64,000 nucleotides of DNA from Macrostomum lignano (lineage: Eukaryota). The notes under the pieces were generated by a model. It did not search any database. It was not told the DNA's origin and saw only the letters and a program-made list of their open reading frames with translations. The stretch spans positions 92,623 to 156,622 of the forward strand of contig NIVC01000912.1 in the NCBI GenBank assembly GCA_002269645.1. The letters are read 5' to 3'. A program made the translations under genes and the position numbers. Of this stretch, positions 1-11,527 are shown piece after piece (the first letter of the stretch is position 1; each line of letters starts with the position of its first letter).

Positions 1-45
1 AGACAGACAGTCAGACAGACAGACAACAGACAGACAGACACTAAT

Positions 46-76
<31 letters not shown>

Positions 77-78
77 GT
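1..78. repeat. (GACA)n microsatellite
   Basis: Near-perfect agac/gaca tetranucleotide run at the window start. Confidence 0.9.
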
Positions 79-241
79 AGAACACAAGCCAGAAATGCAG
101 GCCTAGAAATAAGAGGATGGTCAAACTCAATTGACACTAGAAGCCCAAAACCCTCAATATCGAATAAGTAGTTGACAAAACCTATGTGCAATAACCAAAG
201 TGACTTCCCAGAAACCCCAAGAAAGTCAGCCAGCCAGCCAG

Positions 242-3200
242 TCAAGGCGGCCCCAAGGCGGCGTCGCAGTCCAGCCCGTTCTCCAGCACCTGCCTGGCCA
301 ATCTCAGCTGGTCGGAGGTGGAGCTGGAGCCTTGCAGAGAGGCCTCCAGCGGCTGGCGGGACTCCTCCAGGAACAGGTCCGGATGGTCGCGGGCGTAGGC
401 GGCCAGAAAGTGGAAGGCGAAATGGTCGCCTCCGGGCGGGTGCTCCGGCCGGTAATCCAGGGTGCAGCCGGGCGGCACCTGCTCGGACAGCAGCTGCGTG
501 TCCTCCAGGGTGGCCGAAGCTTTGCCGGAATCGTAGCAGGGACCGAATGAGGAGAATGGATCGTAGTAGACTGGCCTGCGGGTGGGACAGCGACACTTTT
601 TGGAATGCATGCTGCCGTCTTCTCTGCACTTAGCTTCGGGGGTTGGATGGTAGTTTCGGGTTTGGATGGTAGTTTCGGGTTTGGATGGTAGTTTCGGGTT
701 TGGATGGTAGTTTCGGGTTTGGATGGTAGTTTCGGGTTTGGATGGTAGTTTCGGGTTTGGATGGTAGTTTCGGGTTGGGATGGTAGTTTCGGGTTGGGAT
801 GGTAGTTTTGGGTTGGGATGGTAGTTTCGGGTTGGGATGGTAGTTTCGGGTTGGGATGGTAGTTTCGGGTTTGGATGGTAGTTTCGGGTTTGGATGGTAG
901 TTTCGGGTTGGGATGGTAGTTTTGGGTTGGGATGGTAGTTTTGGGTTGGGATGGTAGTTTTGGGTTGGGATGGTAGTTTTGGGTTGGGATGGTAGTTTCG
1001 GGTTGGGATGGTACTTTCGGGTTTGGATGGTAGTTTCGGGTTTGGATGGTAGTTTCGGGTTTGGATGGTAGTTTCGGGTTGGGATGGTAGTTTCGGGTTT
1101 GGATGGTAGTTTCGGGTTTGGATGGTAGTTTCGGGTTGGGATGGTAGTTTCGGGTTGGGATGGTAGTTTTGGGTTGGGATGGTAGTTTCGGGTTCGGATG
1201 GTAGTTTTGGTTTGGGATGGTAGTTTTGGGTTGGGATGGTAGTTTCGGGTTGGGATGGTATTTTTTGGGTTGGGATGGTAGTTTCGGGTTGGGAAGGTAC
1301 TTTTTGGGTTGGGATGGTAGTTTCGGGTTGGGATGGTAGTTTTGGTTTGGGATGGTAGTTTCGGGTTGGGATGGTAGTTTTGGTTTGGGATGGTAGTTTC
1401 GGGTTGGGATGGTAGTTTTGGTTTGGGATGGTAGTTTCGGGTTGGGATGGTAGTTTTGGTTTGGGATGGTAGTTTCGGGTTGGGATGGTAGTTTCGGGTT
1501 GGGATGGTAGTTTCGGCGTTTGAATGGTAGTTTCGGGTTGGGATGGTAGTTTTGGTTTGGGATGGTAGTTTCGGGTTGGGATGGTAGTTTCGGGTTGGGA
1601 TGGTAGTTTTGGGTTGGGATGGTAGTTTCGGGTTCGGATGGTAGTTTTGGTTTGGGATGGTAGTTTTGGGTTGGGATGGTAGTTTCGGGTTGGGATGGTA
1701 GTTTTTGGGTTGGGATGGTAGTTTCGGGTTGGGATGGTAGTTTCGAGTTTTGGATGGTATTTTTGGGTTGGGATGGTAGTTTCGGGTTGGGATGGTAGTT
1801 TTTGGGTTGGGATGGTAGTTTCGGGTTGGGAAGGTACTTTTTGGGTTGGGATGGTAGTTTCGGGTTTGGATGGTATTTTCGGGTTAGTTTTTATGTTTAT
1901 TTTTCGGGAATATTAACCACACTTTTCAAACTTTTTACTCGTAAGTTAAATAAACAAGCGATGCTTACTTAAACGGCGCAACTCGATTCCGTTTATCCTC
2001 TCTGAATCCCACCAGGCAAGGTGTGCCGCTCTGCAGCCGGCCCACCTGCTCGCCAATCGTCATGCCGCCGCCGCCGCCGCCGCCGCCTGCGCGACGCTGC
2101 TGCTGCTGAGACGCGGTTGTCAAAGTTGTCAGAGTTGTTGGCGGTTGATTCGACGAATCCCGACAGCCCGAGGCCGCCGCCGACTGGTCGACTTTGACAG
2201 TAGCTGTTGATGCAGCCGCAGACTCGGCTGTGCCGGGCTCAGGCTGGTCCGGATTGGCCAGCAGCTGGGGATTAAGGCCGAACTGGTTGGTGCCGTTGGC
2301 CGCTCGGACTATCTGCGACTCCAGCGCGACCAGGTTCTCCGACATCACCTGGGGTTACATTGGCGAGTGGCCGTATCGCTTTATGGGGGCAGTTACCGAT
2401 CGGGTATGCGGGAGGCGGCGGTGTAAGGGGTGTAGGGGGGATCTCTTTGGGGTGGGGAAGGGCGGTCGGATCTCTTTAAGAGATCTCTAAAGAAAGAGGG
2501 CGGATCTCTATAGGGTGTAAGGGAGTGGATTTCGATGGGGTGTAAAAGGGAGGGCTGATCGCAGAGGCGGTTCTTTTAAAAACAGACGGGCCAGTTTTGA
2601 TAGGCTTTAAAAGCGTTGTTCATTATTTTCAAATCCCGAACCTGAGCGGCCTCGCGCAGAGCCGGATCCCGCGCGTGCCGCCGTCTAAACGCTTCCGCCA
2701 TGGCCAACAGGTCGCGCCGAAACGCGCTGTAGGTGACGTAGCGACCGGCGCGAATCATCAGCCGCATGCTGTGCAAATCGGTTGGCGGCCGGCTGCCGAC
2801 AGTTGCGGCCGAAGCTCCAGCGGCGTCCAAAGGCGGATAAGCGAAATGCTGGCTTGGGTCGGTGCGCTGCAGAGCGTCGACCAGCCGTTCCAGAGCCTGG
2901 CGCAACGGCAAATAGCCGGTGGCTAGAGGTGCCTGGTTGGCCAACGGTGTTGTTACTGAAGGCGCCGCTGACGGAGGCGGCTGTGGCTGCGACGGCTGCG
3001 GCTGCGGTGGAGCTAGCGACGAACCGGACGTTGGCGCCGGCGGCTGCAGCGGCGGAGGAGGCGGCGGCGGAGGCGGAGGCGGCGACATCAAAGAATTGGA
3101 CGCGGACGCCGGCCTCTTAGTTGGGGTTGAGGCGGGCGAGTCGCCGCAGCCGGCGCTCTGCATTACGCCAGGCGTTGGTGCGTCGTCATCGTCGGCAAAG

Positions 3201-3619
3201 ATGGCGCCCTCGGGCAGCGGCTTGGGCGGGCCGTCGTGCACGCCGGGGTTCTTATTGGCAACGTGGCGATTCCGGGACCACTTGGTGTTGAACCAGAGCG
3301 GGCAGCGGGGCACGGTGCACTTGTACACAATCTTCAGGTGCACCGACTTGAAGTGGACGCGCAGTGCGGCTTTGTCATAAAGCGACTTGTCGCAGGACGG
3401 GCAGATAACGCGGGACTTGCCATCGGGACCCTCGGCATCGAGCACGACAGCCTCGTGCATCACCTGGGCCAGCTTGCGGCGCAGCGTCATCCGGCTGGGC
3501 GACAGAGAGGCCGCGTCGGCACCGACGTCGCTGTCGCCGCAGTCGCTGCCGGCGGCGCTGGCGCCAATAGCGGAGTTGGCCGCCGATCCGGTGCCATCAA
3601 CTTCATCCATGTCGGACAT
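242..3619 (-). CDS. Basonuclin/disco-type C2H2 zinc-finger pair + degenerate BRD7/BRD9-like bromodomain + BRD7/9 C-terminal (DUF3512-like) protein, 3 coding exons
   Basis: Exon A 3619-2642: ATG in gccATG context; donor CAG|GTTCGG; contains CPSCDKSLYDKAALRVHFKSVHLKIVYKCTVPRCPLWFNTKWSRNRHVANKNP and PLRQALERLVDALQRTDPSQHFAYP...PTDLHSMRLMIRAGRY. Exon B starts at 2348 (phase 0) and ends at 2046 or 1969. Exon C runs from 628 or 623 to the stop at 242 and contains YYDPFSSFGPCYDS...EDTQLL, resembling BRD7 YGPYSSYAPHYDSTF. The last junction is ambiguous. Confidence 0.8.
634..1890. repeat. 19-bp G-rich minisatellite (GGGTTGGGATGGTAGTTTC)n, about 66 copies, intronic
   Basis: Direct tandem array filling the last intron of the ZF-bromodomain gene. 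Confidence 0.95.
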
Positions 3620-5848
3620 GGCTGGCTGGCTGACGCTAGCAAGCTGCAAGGTGGATTGTCAGATTAAATATAAGCTTTTATCTCCTTAAATAAATATTGC
3701 CTGCGGTGCTTAAATAGTACTGTCAATTAAATTCTTGTTGGCTGGCTAAAATTGTTCTATGTAATCTGTAGTGCCTACTAGTTAGTAGTTTTAAAAGTCC
3801 ATTGTGATGCCAATTGGCTACCAACACAATTCAGACAATATAAACATAGCTAACTGGTAAGTAGTAGTAATAGTAATACTAATAGTAGAAGTATTAGTTA
3901 TTGTTGTTATTATTATTGTTGAAAAACTATTTATTTTATTAGCAAGTAAATAAGTAGCATTCATATAAAAACATTAAAAATAAAGAAACTTGCACTTTGC
4001 AATCATCAATTACAATGATAAAAGCAATTCATAAAGGGTATAATCTTACACTAGGCTATTGAATTAAATTACTTCTTTGAATGATAATATAAAATTTTTG
4101 TACTATTGTACCCTTGTATTTTTCTTGCATGTACTATCTTGTCTCTCCTAGTCTCTCCAAAAATATAGACCCTAGCCTTATAGTTTTCCTTAAATAATTA
4201 AGTAATTTAATAATTATCCCAACTCTATCCTCACTATACAAAGTGACATAAGATTTATCAACAAATGAAAAAATATAATTTGTTGGACATTTTTTCAATT
4301 CTCCCTTAATGAGAATATATATTATCTCACTTTGTAATCTGCTTTGCAATTATAACTTTCTTATTTCTCTTTGTATATCCCTTAGATATAGGACAAAAGC
4401 TCTGATCAGGGACTATGATTCATACACATGCAACCTCCAAAATTTAGTCAGCCGTGCAACTTAGTTTTAACAAAAAATGTGATATAGTTTTTGGCCAAAA
4501 ATGCAACTTACATGTAAAAGAAAACTTGGAGCAAAATTAATGCTACTTGGGTAAACAGCAGGAATAACTATAACTGTCTTACCTGGTATCAAGGCAAAAT
4601 GCCTCATTATCTATTTAGTACTACTTGGGTATTTATTTGGGTGGGCATTTTTGTGATTTACCTTGGTTGGCTGCCAAATCAGTGAGCCAGATTGGCCGAC
4701 TCAGCTGACTGTTGCGCATGTATGCTATGATTGTACCTCCCTAATAGATTAGGCTATAGACAAGCACTTCTATAGATAAGTATATAACCAAACTAGCAAA
4801 TCTATTAAGAAATATGCAAAAATATGGGTTCAATATTTTTAATATATACAAATATCATTAGTTATAATATTACTCTTACATAAGTGGATAATTGCATTAT
4901 TAATGATGCAATATATAATTACTTATATGAGTAGTAGCAATGATAGAAAATATATATTGCTAAATACTAGCAAGGTTATAGATTATAATATTGGCATAAA
5001 CAAAGTGCAAAACAAATAGAATTGCTATTAATTTAATGTTTTCTTGCTTAAAATTTTATAAGGTTTATTTTATAAAATTTTAAACTTTAAATAGGCCTAA
5101 ACAAAACATTTTAGGCCCTCAATCTCTTCAAAAAACTTTTGCTTTTGGATAATTCTAATAGATATAAATATAGATAATAAGTTTTGTTTATATTATAAAA
5201 AAACTAAAATAGAATTATAAATTAGGATACTCTAAACAAAACTATTTTCTAAAAAGTTTTATAGCATTTAGCTAGGGCCTATACTTAATATAGCTTATTA
5301 TTAGCTTATTAAAGTCAAAGATTTAATTCAACAAAGGCGAAGCACAAAGTAATAGCCAATTTTTTGGTTTGAAAGAATACTAGGCCTTAGCCTATAAAAA
5401 TTTGCAAAAAGAGAAAAGCAAATATATAGCTAGCTAGCAAAAATATAGCAAAAATATATTATTAATAAAATATAGACCTAGCCTATTTCTACTTTCTTCT
5501 AGATCTTAACATTATACTTAGATTTATATCTATTTTCCTAGCATATATATAACTTTGGCCAATTAGTTTTTATTAATATCAAATTAAACCAACATTAAAA
5601 TATATTAGCTAATGATGTATACAACAAACTAGGGCCTAAGCAAATGGTATGATTTTGCAATTTTGCATAATGATTTACTTACCCCTTATTCTTGATCAGC
5701 AACCCTATTCTGCTTGTTGTCTAGTGTATAGCCACCCCACTTTAATTATGTACATTTTAAATTTCAAATCAATTAATTTTGTTTTAATATTGGTAGACCT
5801 AAAAGGCAAAAACTGATTAGCCAACAAAGTTATGTACATGTCAATTGT

Positions 5849-6454
5849 GGCATAGTTCTAGTTTACTTTGCAATATTATTTCATAGTTCTACTTTACTTC
5901 GCGATATTATTTTTGTGTTTATTGCATTTACATAGCATATTCTACATCTGTACCCAAACCACAACCCTTTCAGCTTAATCTGCACAATGGCCGGCCACCA
6001 GTGTGGCCACTACAGCAACCAAAGAAATTATCGCAGGATAAGAAAAAAATTGCAGGAACAAATTTCTTAATTGTCATAGAAAAAAGGCACATAGTGAACC
6101 ACTGGCTGCACTTTGTCGACCCAAACAATCCAATGGTGCACATAAACCACATCGAGGGCACCTAGGCCCTTGCCAAGAGGCGCCTGCGCGCAATGCATGG
6201 TACAAGCGATGCACTCTTCGAGAGTTATCTCGAAGAGTATATCTGGTGCCGCTTGTACCTGAACAATGCATTTGGCACTGTGCTTTACTGGGCTTCTGTG
6301 TATTACCCTGTTTAAGTGACTCGACAACTTCAACTGACTAGTGACTGTTTTTCTGACTTGTGACACTTAAGCCGAACCTGGAAAGTGACAAAAATAGGGT
6401 GAAATAATTTAGTGAAAGGCAAAATAATATTGCGAAATAAACTAGAACTATGCC
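5849..6454 (+). mobile_element. Merlin (IS1016/IS1595-family) DNA transposon, internally deleted non-autonomous copy
   Basis: 33-bp TIRs GGCATAGTTCTAGTTTA(C/T)TT(T/C)GCAATATTATTT with 2 mismatches. Perfect 8-bp TSD TCAATTGT at 5841-5848 and 6455-6462. Contains a transposase C-terminal remnant. Confidence 0.9.
6091..6315 (+). pseudogene. ISXO2/Merlin transposase C-terminal fragment with premature stop
   Basis: IVNHWLHFVDPNNPMVHINHIEGT*ALAKRRLRAMHGTSDALFESYLEEYIWCR...YYPV* matches the VNH..FVDP...HTN.IEG.W...K......G......YL.E..W pattern. TAG at 6163-6165 replaces the conserved Trp. Confidence 0.85.
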
Positions 6455-7543
6455 TCAATTGTCATAGGCCTATTTAATTTAATTTAGAAAAACTGCAACT
6501 TGCAAGCTATGACTTTAACTGAGTCCCAAGCATTATTTCAATAAGTGGCAAGTGGGCAGGGCAGGGGCCTATACTACTAGGGCCTAGGGAGGGCCCAGAT
6601 AGGGTCCAGGGGAATGTAGATCCACCTAAACTAAACAGCAAAAAATTTTGAAGCCTATTTTTCTAGTATATTTCGTTTTTCCCAACCTAGGGTTGGCCTA
6701 TCCCTTCCCCGACCCTCCATAGGGGTGGCCTATCTTATCCTCACCCCAAAGGAAATTTCTGGCTATGCGCTTGCAAAAATGGATCTATTGACATATTGTA
6801 TTGCTTAGGCCTACTAGTAATAGGCCTAGATAAAGCAAAGATTGTTGTTTTAGGCCTACCCTTGAAATTCCAAAGGGACAAAATGTTAAGAAATTAGATC
6901 CATACATAAACACTATTATGAATAATTATATAGGCCCCCACTTAAGGAACTGGATTAATTTATTACGCTTGTACTTCCCAGGAAATGCTACAATGTACAA
7001 ATAAAAGTCTGGTACAAGCTTGCAAATCTAGAAACACCGGGCTTACCTTAAATTATTACGGGTTGGACCATAAATTATAGCAAAACTTAAGGCATAATTT
7101 TCTATAATGGCATAAATACTTATAATACTGCACTAAATTGATAACTGTGTTCTTTTATTTTAATAAAAAAATCTGTCTTTATAGCTATGGACATTTCTTA
7201 CGCGTATATCCAATTTTAATTTGTGTTTTCACGTTAAAAATTATTTAAAATCAGCCCATCAAGCTAGCTAGCTAGCCTACCGATCAGTAGACTAGAGCTA
7301 TAGTGCTGGTAGCTGAAAGTATACGTTAGTATTTGCTTCGGCTACTAAAATTTATTCACTTAACTGTGCATTAAGACAACTGAAATACTCGAGAGCATAA
7401 TGATCGATTTTTATCCATGTATTCAGATCTTTTGTACGAGTTTCAGCACACTCTGCTAAAAAGTTGTGTAATGAGGGCATGAATAATCGCTTTTTATTCG
7501 TATATTTTTCTGCAAGTTGACTTGAGGATATATAATACAAAAC

Positions 7544-10087
7544 ATGAGCACTCTCAGTAATGATGATGTGACGGCATTAATAGCCCATGTTCACTCAAAG
7601 TCAATTGAAAAGGCTTTGTTTCCATTTGTAAAACATGTAAGTAAAGACAAATATTTTAATTCGAAATCACCAATGTGTTTCTTTCACCAAATTTAGGCAT
7701 CTTATGGTAGATTGTCTTTTTACCTTATTGCAAAGTAGGAGTACATCCTCAATTGTATAGTGAGTGATACATGTAGATACAAGAGGAGTAAATTACTAAA
7801 ATAATCAAATGATTTTATAATTAAATGCTTATTGTTGCTTAGATCATTTAAAATAAAAAATAATCTGAGTTTTCTCTTAGCTTACTTTTTTTTAAATCAC
7901 TTAGTTCTACAGATTGTTTACAAAATATCAAAAGTAGCTAGGAATTTATGCAAAATAAATTATATATCTTTTAGGAATATATAAAAAGTTGCAAAGGGTC
8001 TGAAGGTGACATATTAGCTTCTTTATTAAAAAATTGATATTTTGATTATGCTTGTTATATCTAAGGGACATTCATTAAAATATATGAGGTAGGTAAGTGC
8101 TGGTTTTTATCAGCTCAATGCAATTTAGCTTTCAAGCCTGTTTCAGTGTTAGGGTGGGTCAAATGATTTTCATTGTTTCTAGCTAGGGTTTTGACAGCCT
8201 ACAAAAGCTGAACTTGCTATAGAATTTCCCCGCCTTAGATTCAAAGCCTGCTTAGCAGCCGATGCGACCTGGGCAAAACTGAGCGAACAGCTCAATTAGT
8301 CAGCGAGATGGGCGTCCGAGTTGGCCAAGCTGTTGAGCAGTTTGTCTCGGCTGGTCAGCTGGTGGCCGGCGAGAATCCGCAATTGGCAGCCGAGCTGAGC
8401 GAAGCCTGCCACCTGGCTAGGCAGGCTGGCCAGGCCATTGTCCAGCAGACTCAGTACCAGATGGAGCCCGGCAGAGGGGTTGTCTACGCCTGCGATCGGC
8501 ACAGCTTAGTGCAAGCGGCTAAGCGGCTGGTGCAGGCGGTCACCAGGGTACTGGTGCTGGGCGATCAGGCTACTGTGCTGCAGCTGCTGGCCGCTAAGGA
8601 CAGGGTGACCGCCTGCCTAACTGAGCTGGCCAAGCGGAGTAGGTGAGCTTCTAAACTGTAGAGTAGCTGCGGTTGAGTTGGCTACCGATATGTTGCAACA
8701 ATTGATATAGAAAATCATAATCAAGCGGAGAATATTGGGAATTAGAGATAAATGGGATGGGATATTTTGGATTAGAGAGATACAATTAGGGACTGGATCC
8801 CAAAGATTGGGGATCAGAGAACGTGAATGAGAGAATGGGGATCAGAGAGAGGGAACTTAGAAAATTTTTATCTGAGGGAGAATTGAGAGTAAGGATCATA
8901 AAGAGGGGATAGGATAAGAGATCCGACAGATATAATGGGAGACTATGAATCTGAGAGTGGGTAGAGAATGAGGATCTCATGACTGGATAGCGATCCCACA
9001 CCCCGTCCGTCCCGCAGTTTCGCTGAGTTCATGTCTCAATTCGCGGAGCTCGGCCAGCACATGGTGCAGCTCGGACAGCTGTCCGGGGAGCGGCAGGCGG
9101 ACGTGAAATGCGAAATCGCCCGCTGCAAGCTAGCTCACATGCGCTCGGCCTTGGAGAAGGCGGTCGGGCTACAGCTGACAGCCTCCAAGCTGTACCTGCG
9201 GCATCCCGACAACACCTGCGCTCAGCGTCTGCGCGCCGACGTCCTTGCTCACATGCGGCTGAGCTTGGACAGTCTGGCCGATGTGGTGGCAAGGTGGGGC
9301 TCGCGCTAACCTTTGTCTTTTAAAAGGATCTGTGAGAGGTTTCAGCGGCGGCGCACACTGAGAACTCGGGGACTCAGAAGGGGGGGGTTGGGTGGGCACC
9401 ACGCGGCACACCGAAGACTCAGGGAGGGTGGCGGCAGGAGGCACACTGAAGATTCAGGGACTCACGGAGGGTGGCGTCAGGCAGCACACTGAAGACTCAA
9501 GGACTCAGGGAGGGTGGCGGCAGGCTGAAGACTCCAGGGTGGCAGCAGGAGGCACACGGAAGACTCAGGGAGGGTGGGCGGCAGGAGGCACACTGAAGAC
9601 TCAGGGAGGGTGGGTGGCAGGCGGCACACTGAAGACTCAGTAGTTCAACTCTCACCTTCCCGCCAGACGCCAGCAGGAGCGGCAGTCCCGCAGCAGTCCC
9701 CGCCTGCCCGATCACCAAATTCTCGGACAGCTGGCCAGCGAACGCGGTCTGATCGGCCACTCGGTGCAGGTGGCACAGGCGCTGGACTGGCATGGCTTCG
9801 AGCTGGCGTGGGAGCGCTGCCTGACCGTCTGCCTGCTGATCTCGCAGCTGCACTCCTGCCCGCCGTGCTGGTGGGCTGCCGCGGACTGGCTGGAGTACTA
9901 CGTGCAAACCCTCGGCAACATGCTGCTGACCTCGATGCGCGCTCTGGAGGTGCTGACCCCGGCGTCGAAAGTGGCGCAGGAGAATCTTGACGCATTCTTA
10001 GACACTTGGAGATGCGTTGTGACTAACGAGCTGGGACACCTGCTGCTGACTGTGTTGGACCAGGCGTCTACTCTAGGTAGACGGCAG
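7544..10087 (+). CDS. CTNNAL1: alpha-catulin-like (vinculin/alpha-catenin family) protein, first 4 coding exons; 3' exons unresolved
   Basis: Exons 7544-7636 (MSTL..HSKSIEKALFPFVKH), 8239-8642 (IQSLL..VGQAVEQFVSAG..VTRVLVLGD), 9018-9293 (SFAEFMSQFAELG..LSGERQADVK..LEK..LTASKLYLRHP), 9667-10087 (..LTPASKVAQENLDAFLDTW). All are GT-AG and phase-compatible. Motifs recalled from alpha-catulin. Confidence 0.8.
9395..9640. repeat. about 35-bp minisatellite (GGCGGCAGGAGGCACACTGAAGACTCAGGGAGGGT) in catulin intron 3
   Basis: Degenerate tandem copies are visible. Confidence 0.8.
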
Positions 10088-11254
10088 GTGAGCTGCTTAG
10101 CTAACTAATCAGCGCCCCCCCCGTTGGGGAGCCAACAATGAATGGAATACAGCACTCATACACACGCTCACTCAGGGTGTACAGCGTCACACAAGCCCCA
10201 ACCCCTCCCTCCCGATCCCGGGACTATCAATCCAGATATTTCTATTTTACAAACGTTTATCACTGCCAGTTTAGAGTTGAAGCCTGTTGATGCGGTGAGA
10301 GACTGGCTGGATGGCGGATGCTGAGGCTGGGACTGACAGGCCACTGAGGGATATTGCATGTGGCCCGGGGTCGCATGCCCTCCCACCCTGAACAAGACAC
10401 AATGACAGACATTGTAGCCAGTATTATGAATTTTGCTTTTCGTAACGTCAGCGTAGCGCCAAAAGACCTTTTTGGCCAAATAATTATCACCAGTTCTGTC
10501 GATATTGGAAATTCAGCCAATGCTCTCAGCCACAGATTTCAATGGGAATCTTTAGGATTACCAGCTAATCCGGCATTTCTATCTAGCCACTTCATCCTTA
10601 AGATTATCTATCTGCTAGTCTGGCTTGCGGCTAAGGGTTAGTAGGTAAAGAATAGCAACTGAGATTCATTAATTTGCTAATGATTTCATGAAAGTAGAAA
10701 CTCCGCCCAATTCCTGCACTCATTATATTGAGTCAGAATGTTCCAGTGGGCCGGGGTTCGACTCCCAGGCATGGCACGGTGAGGAGGCGACTTAACATGC
10801 TCTTCGCGAGTACGACTTACGGGAAAAAAGGCACAAAGGCAACTAAGCCGCCGCGAGGAAGGGAAAGTGGATTGAATCAATAATAGACGACAAAATCATA
10901 ACGGTTAATTTTTTATGCAATATGCAGTTAGAATCGCGATGCCTAATAACGCGTGTGGGATCTCTGCCTGCGGGGCATCCCGAGGATGAGGCGGCGCAGC
11001 AAGTCCTGGGGCTTTCGTGTCATTGCGTTTTCAATGGCATGACGCAGCTCTGAAAACATTCTGTGTTGGATTCTCTTTTCGAATGCTGCGTTTTAGGAAG
11101 TCCCCGACATGCTCGATGGGGTATAAAATTTCGTCTTATTGCTTTATTGATTTTTGCAAAGCTTTGTAAAGATTGTACATACGTTTTTAGTTAGAGGCAG
11201 GGGCTGTGTGTACCCTAGAGCACTTTAAGCGACATTGTCACACAACCGGTGAGA

Positions 11255-11527
11255 CGCATTACTGCCCATTCTGCCGACTCCCCTGAGCAGGCACACAAGC
11301 GCGCGGATACGTACGCAGTCACACAGGAGTGCACAGCGGCCCGTAACTTTATTTATCGTTATTAGGCATGTACACTTCACTGTGCCTTGGAGGTTGGCCC
11401 TCCAGTGCGTTAATTGCACGAGCAGAGCCAAGCCGAAACTCCAATTTAGCTCCAAATTAATGTGACTGCACTGGGAATCGAGCCTGGGCCGCTGGTACAT
11501 CAGAGCGCCGCGCTGGACCACAACAGA
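11255..11527 (-). mobile_element. tRNA-derived SINE-like element (most complete copy)
   Basis: On the minus strand: A-box-like TGGTCCAGCGCGG and B-box-like GGCTCGATTCC, then a body sharing GTGTACATGCCT...CCGCTGTGCAC with copies at 29330 and 54735. Confidence 0.65.

Noticed and set aside
6560-6790. Possible MITE end (AAATTTCTGGCTATGCGCTTG); similar end at about 41025
   Set aside because: No matching opposite TIR or TSD could be found.
10260-10641. LELKPVDAVRDW and TDIVASIMNFAF as catulin tail-domain exons
   Set aside because: The two pieces are in different frames with stops between them and no phase-compatible splice sites.
10735-10790. B-box-like GGTTCGACTCC suggesting a tRNA
   Set aside because: No cloverleaf or convincing A-box; at most a SINE or tRNA relic.
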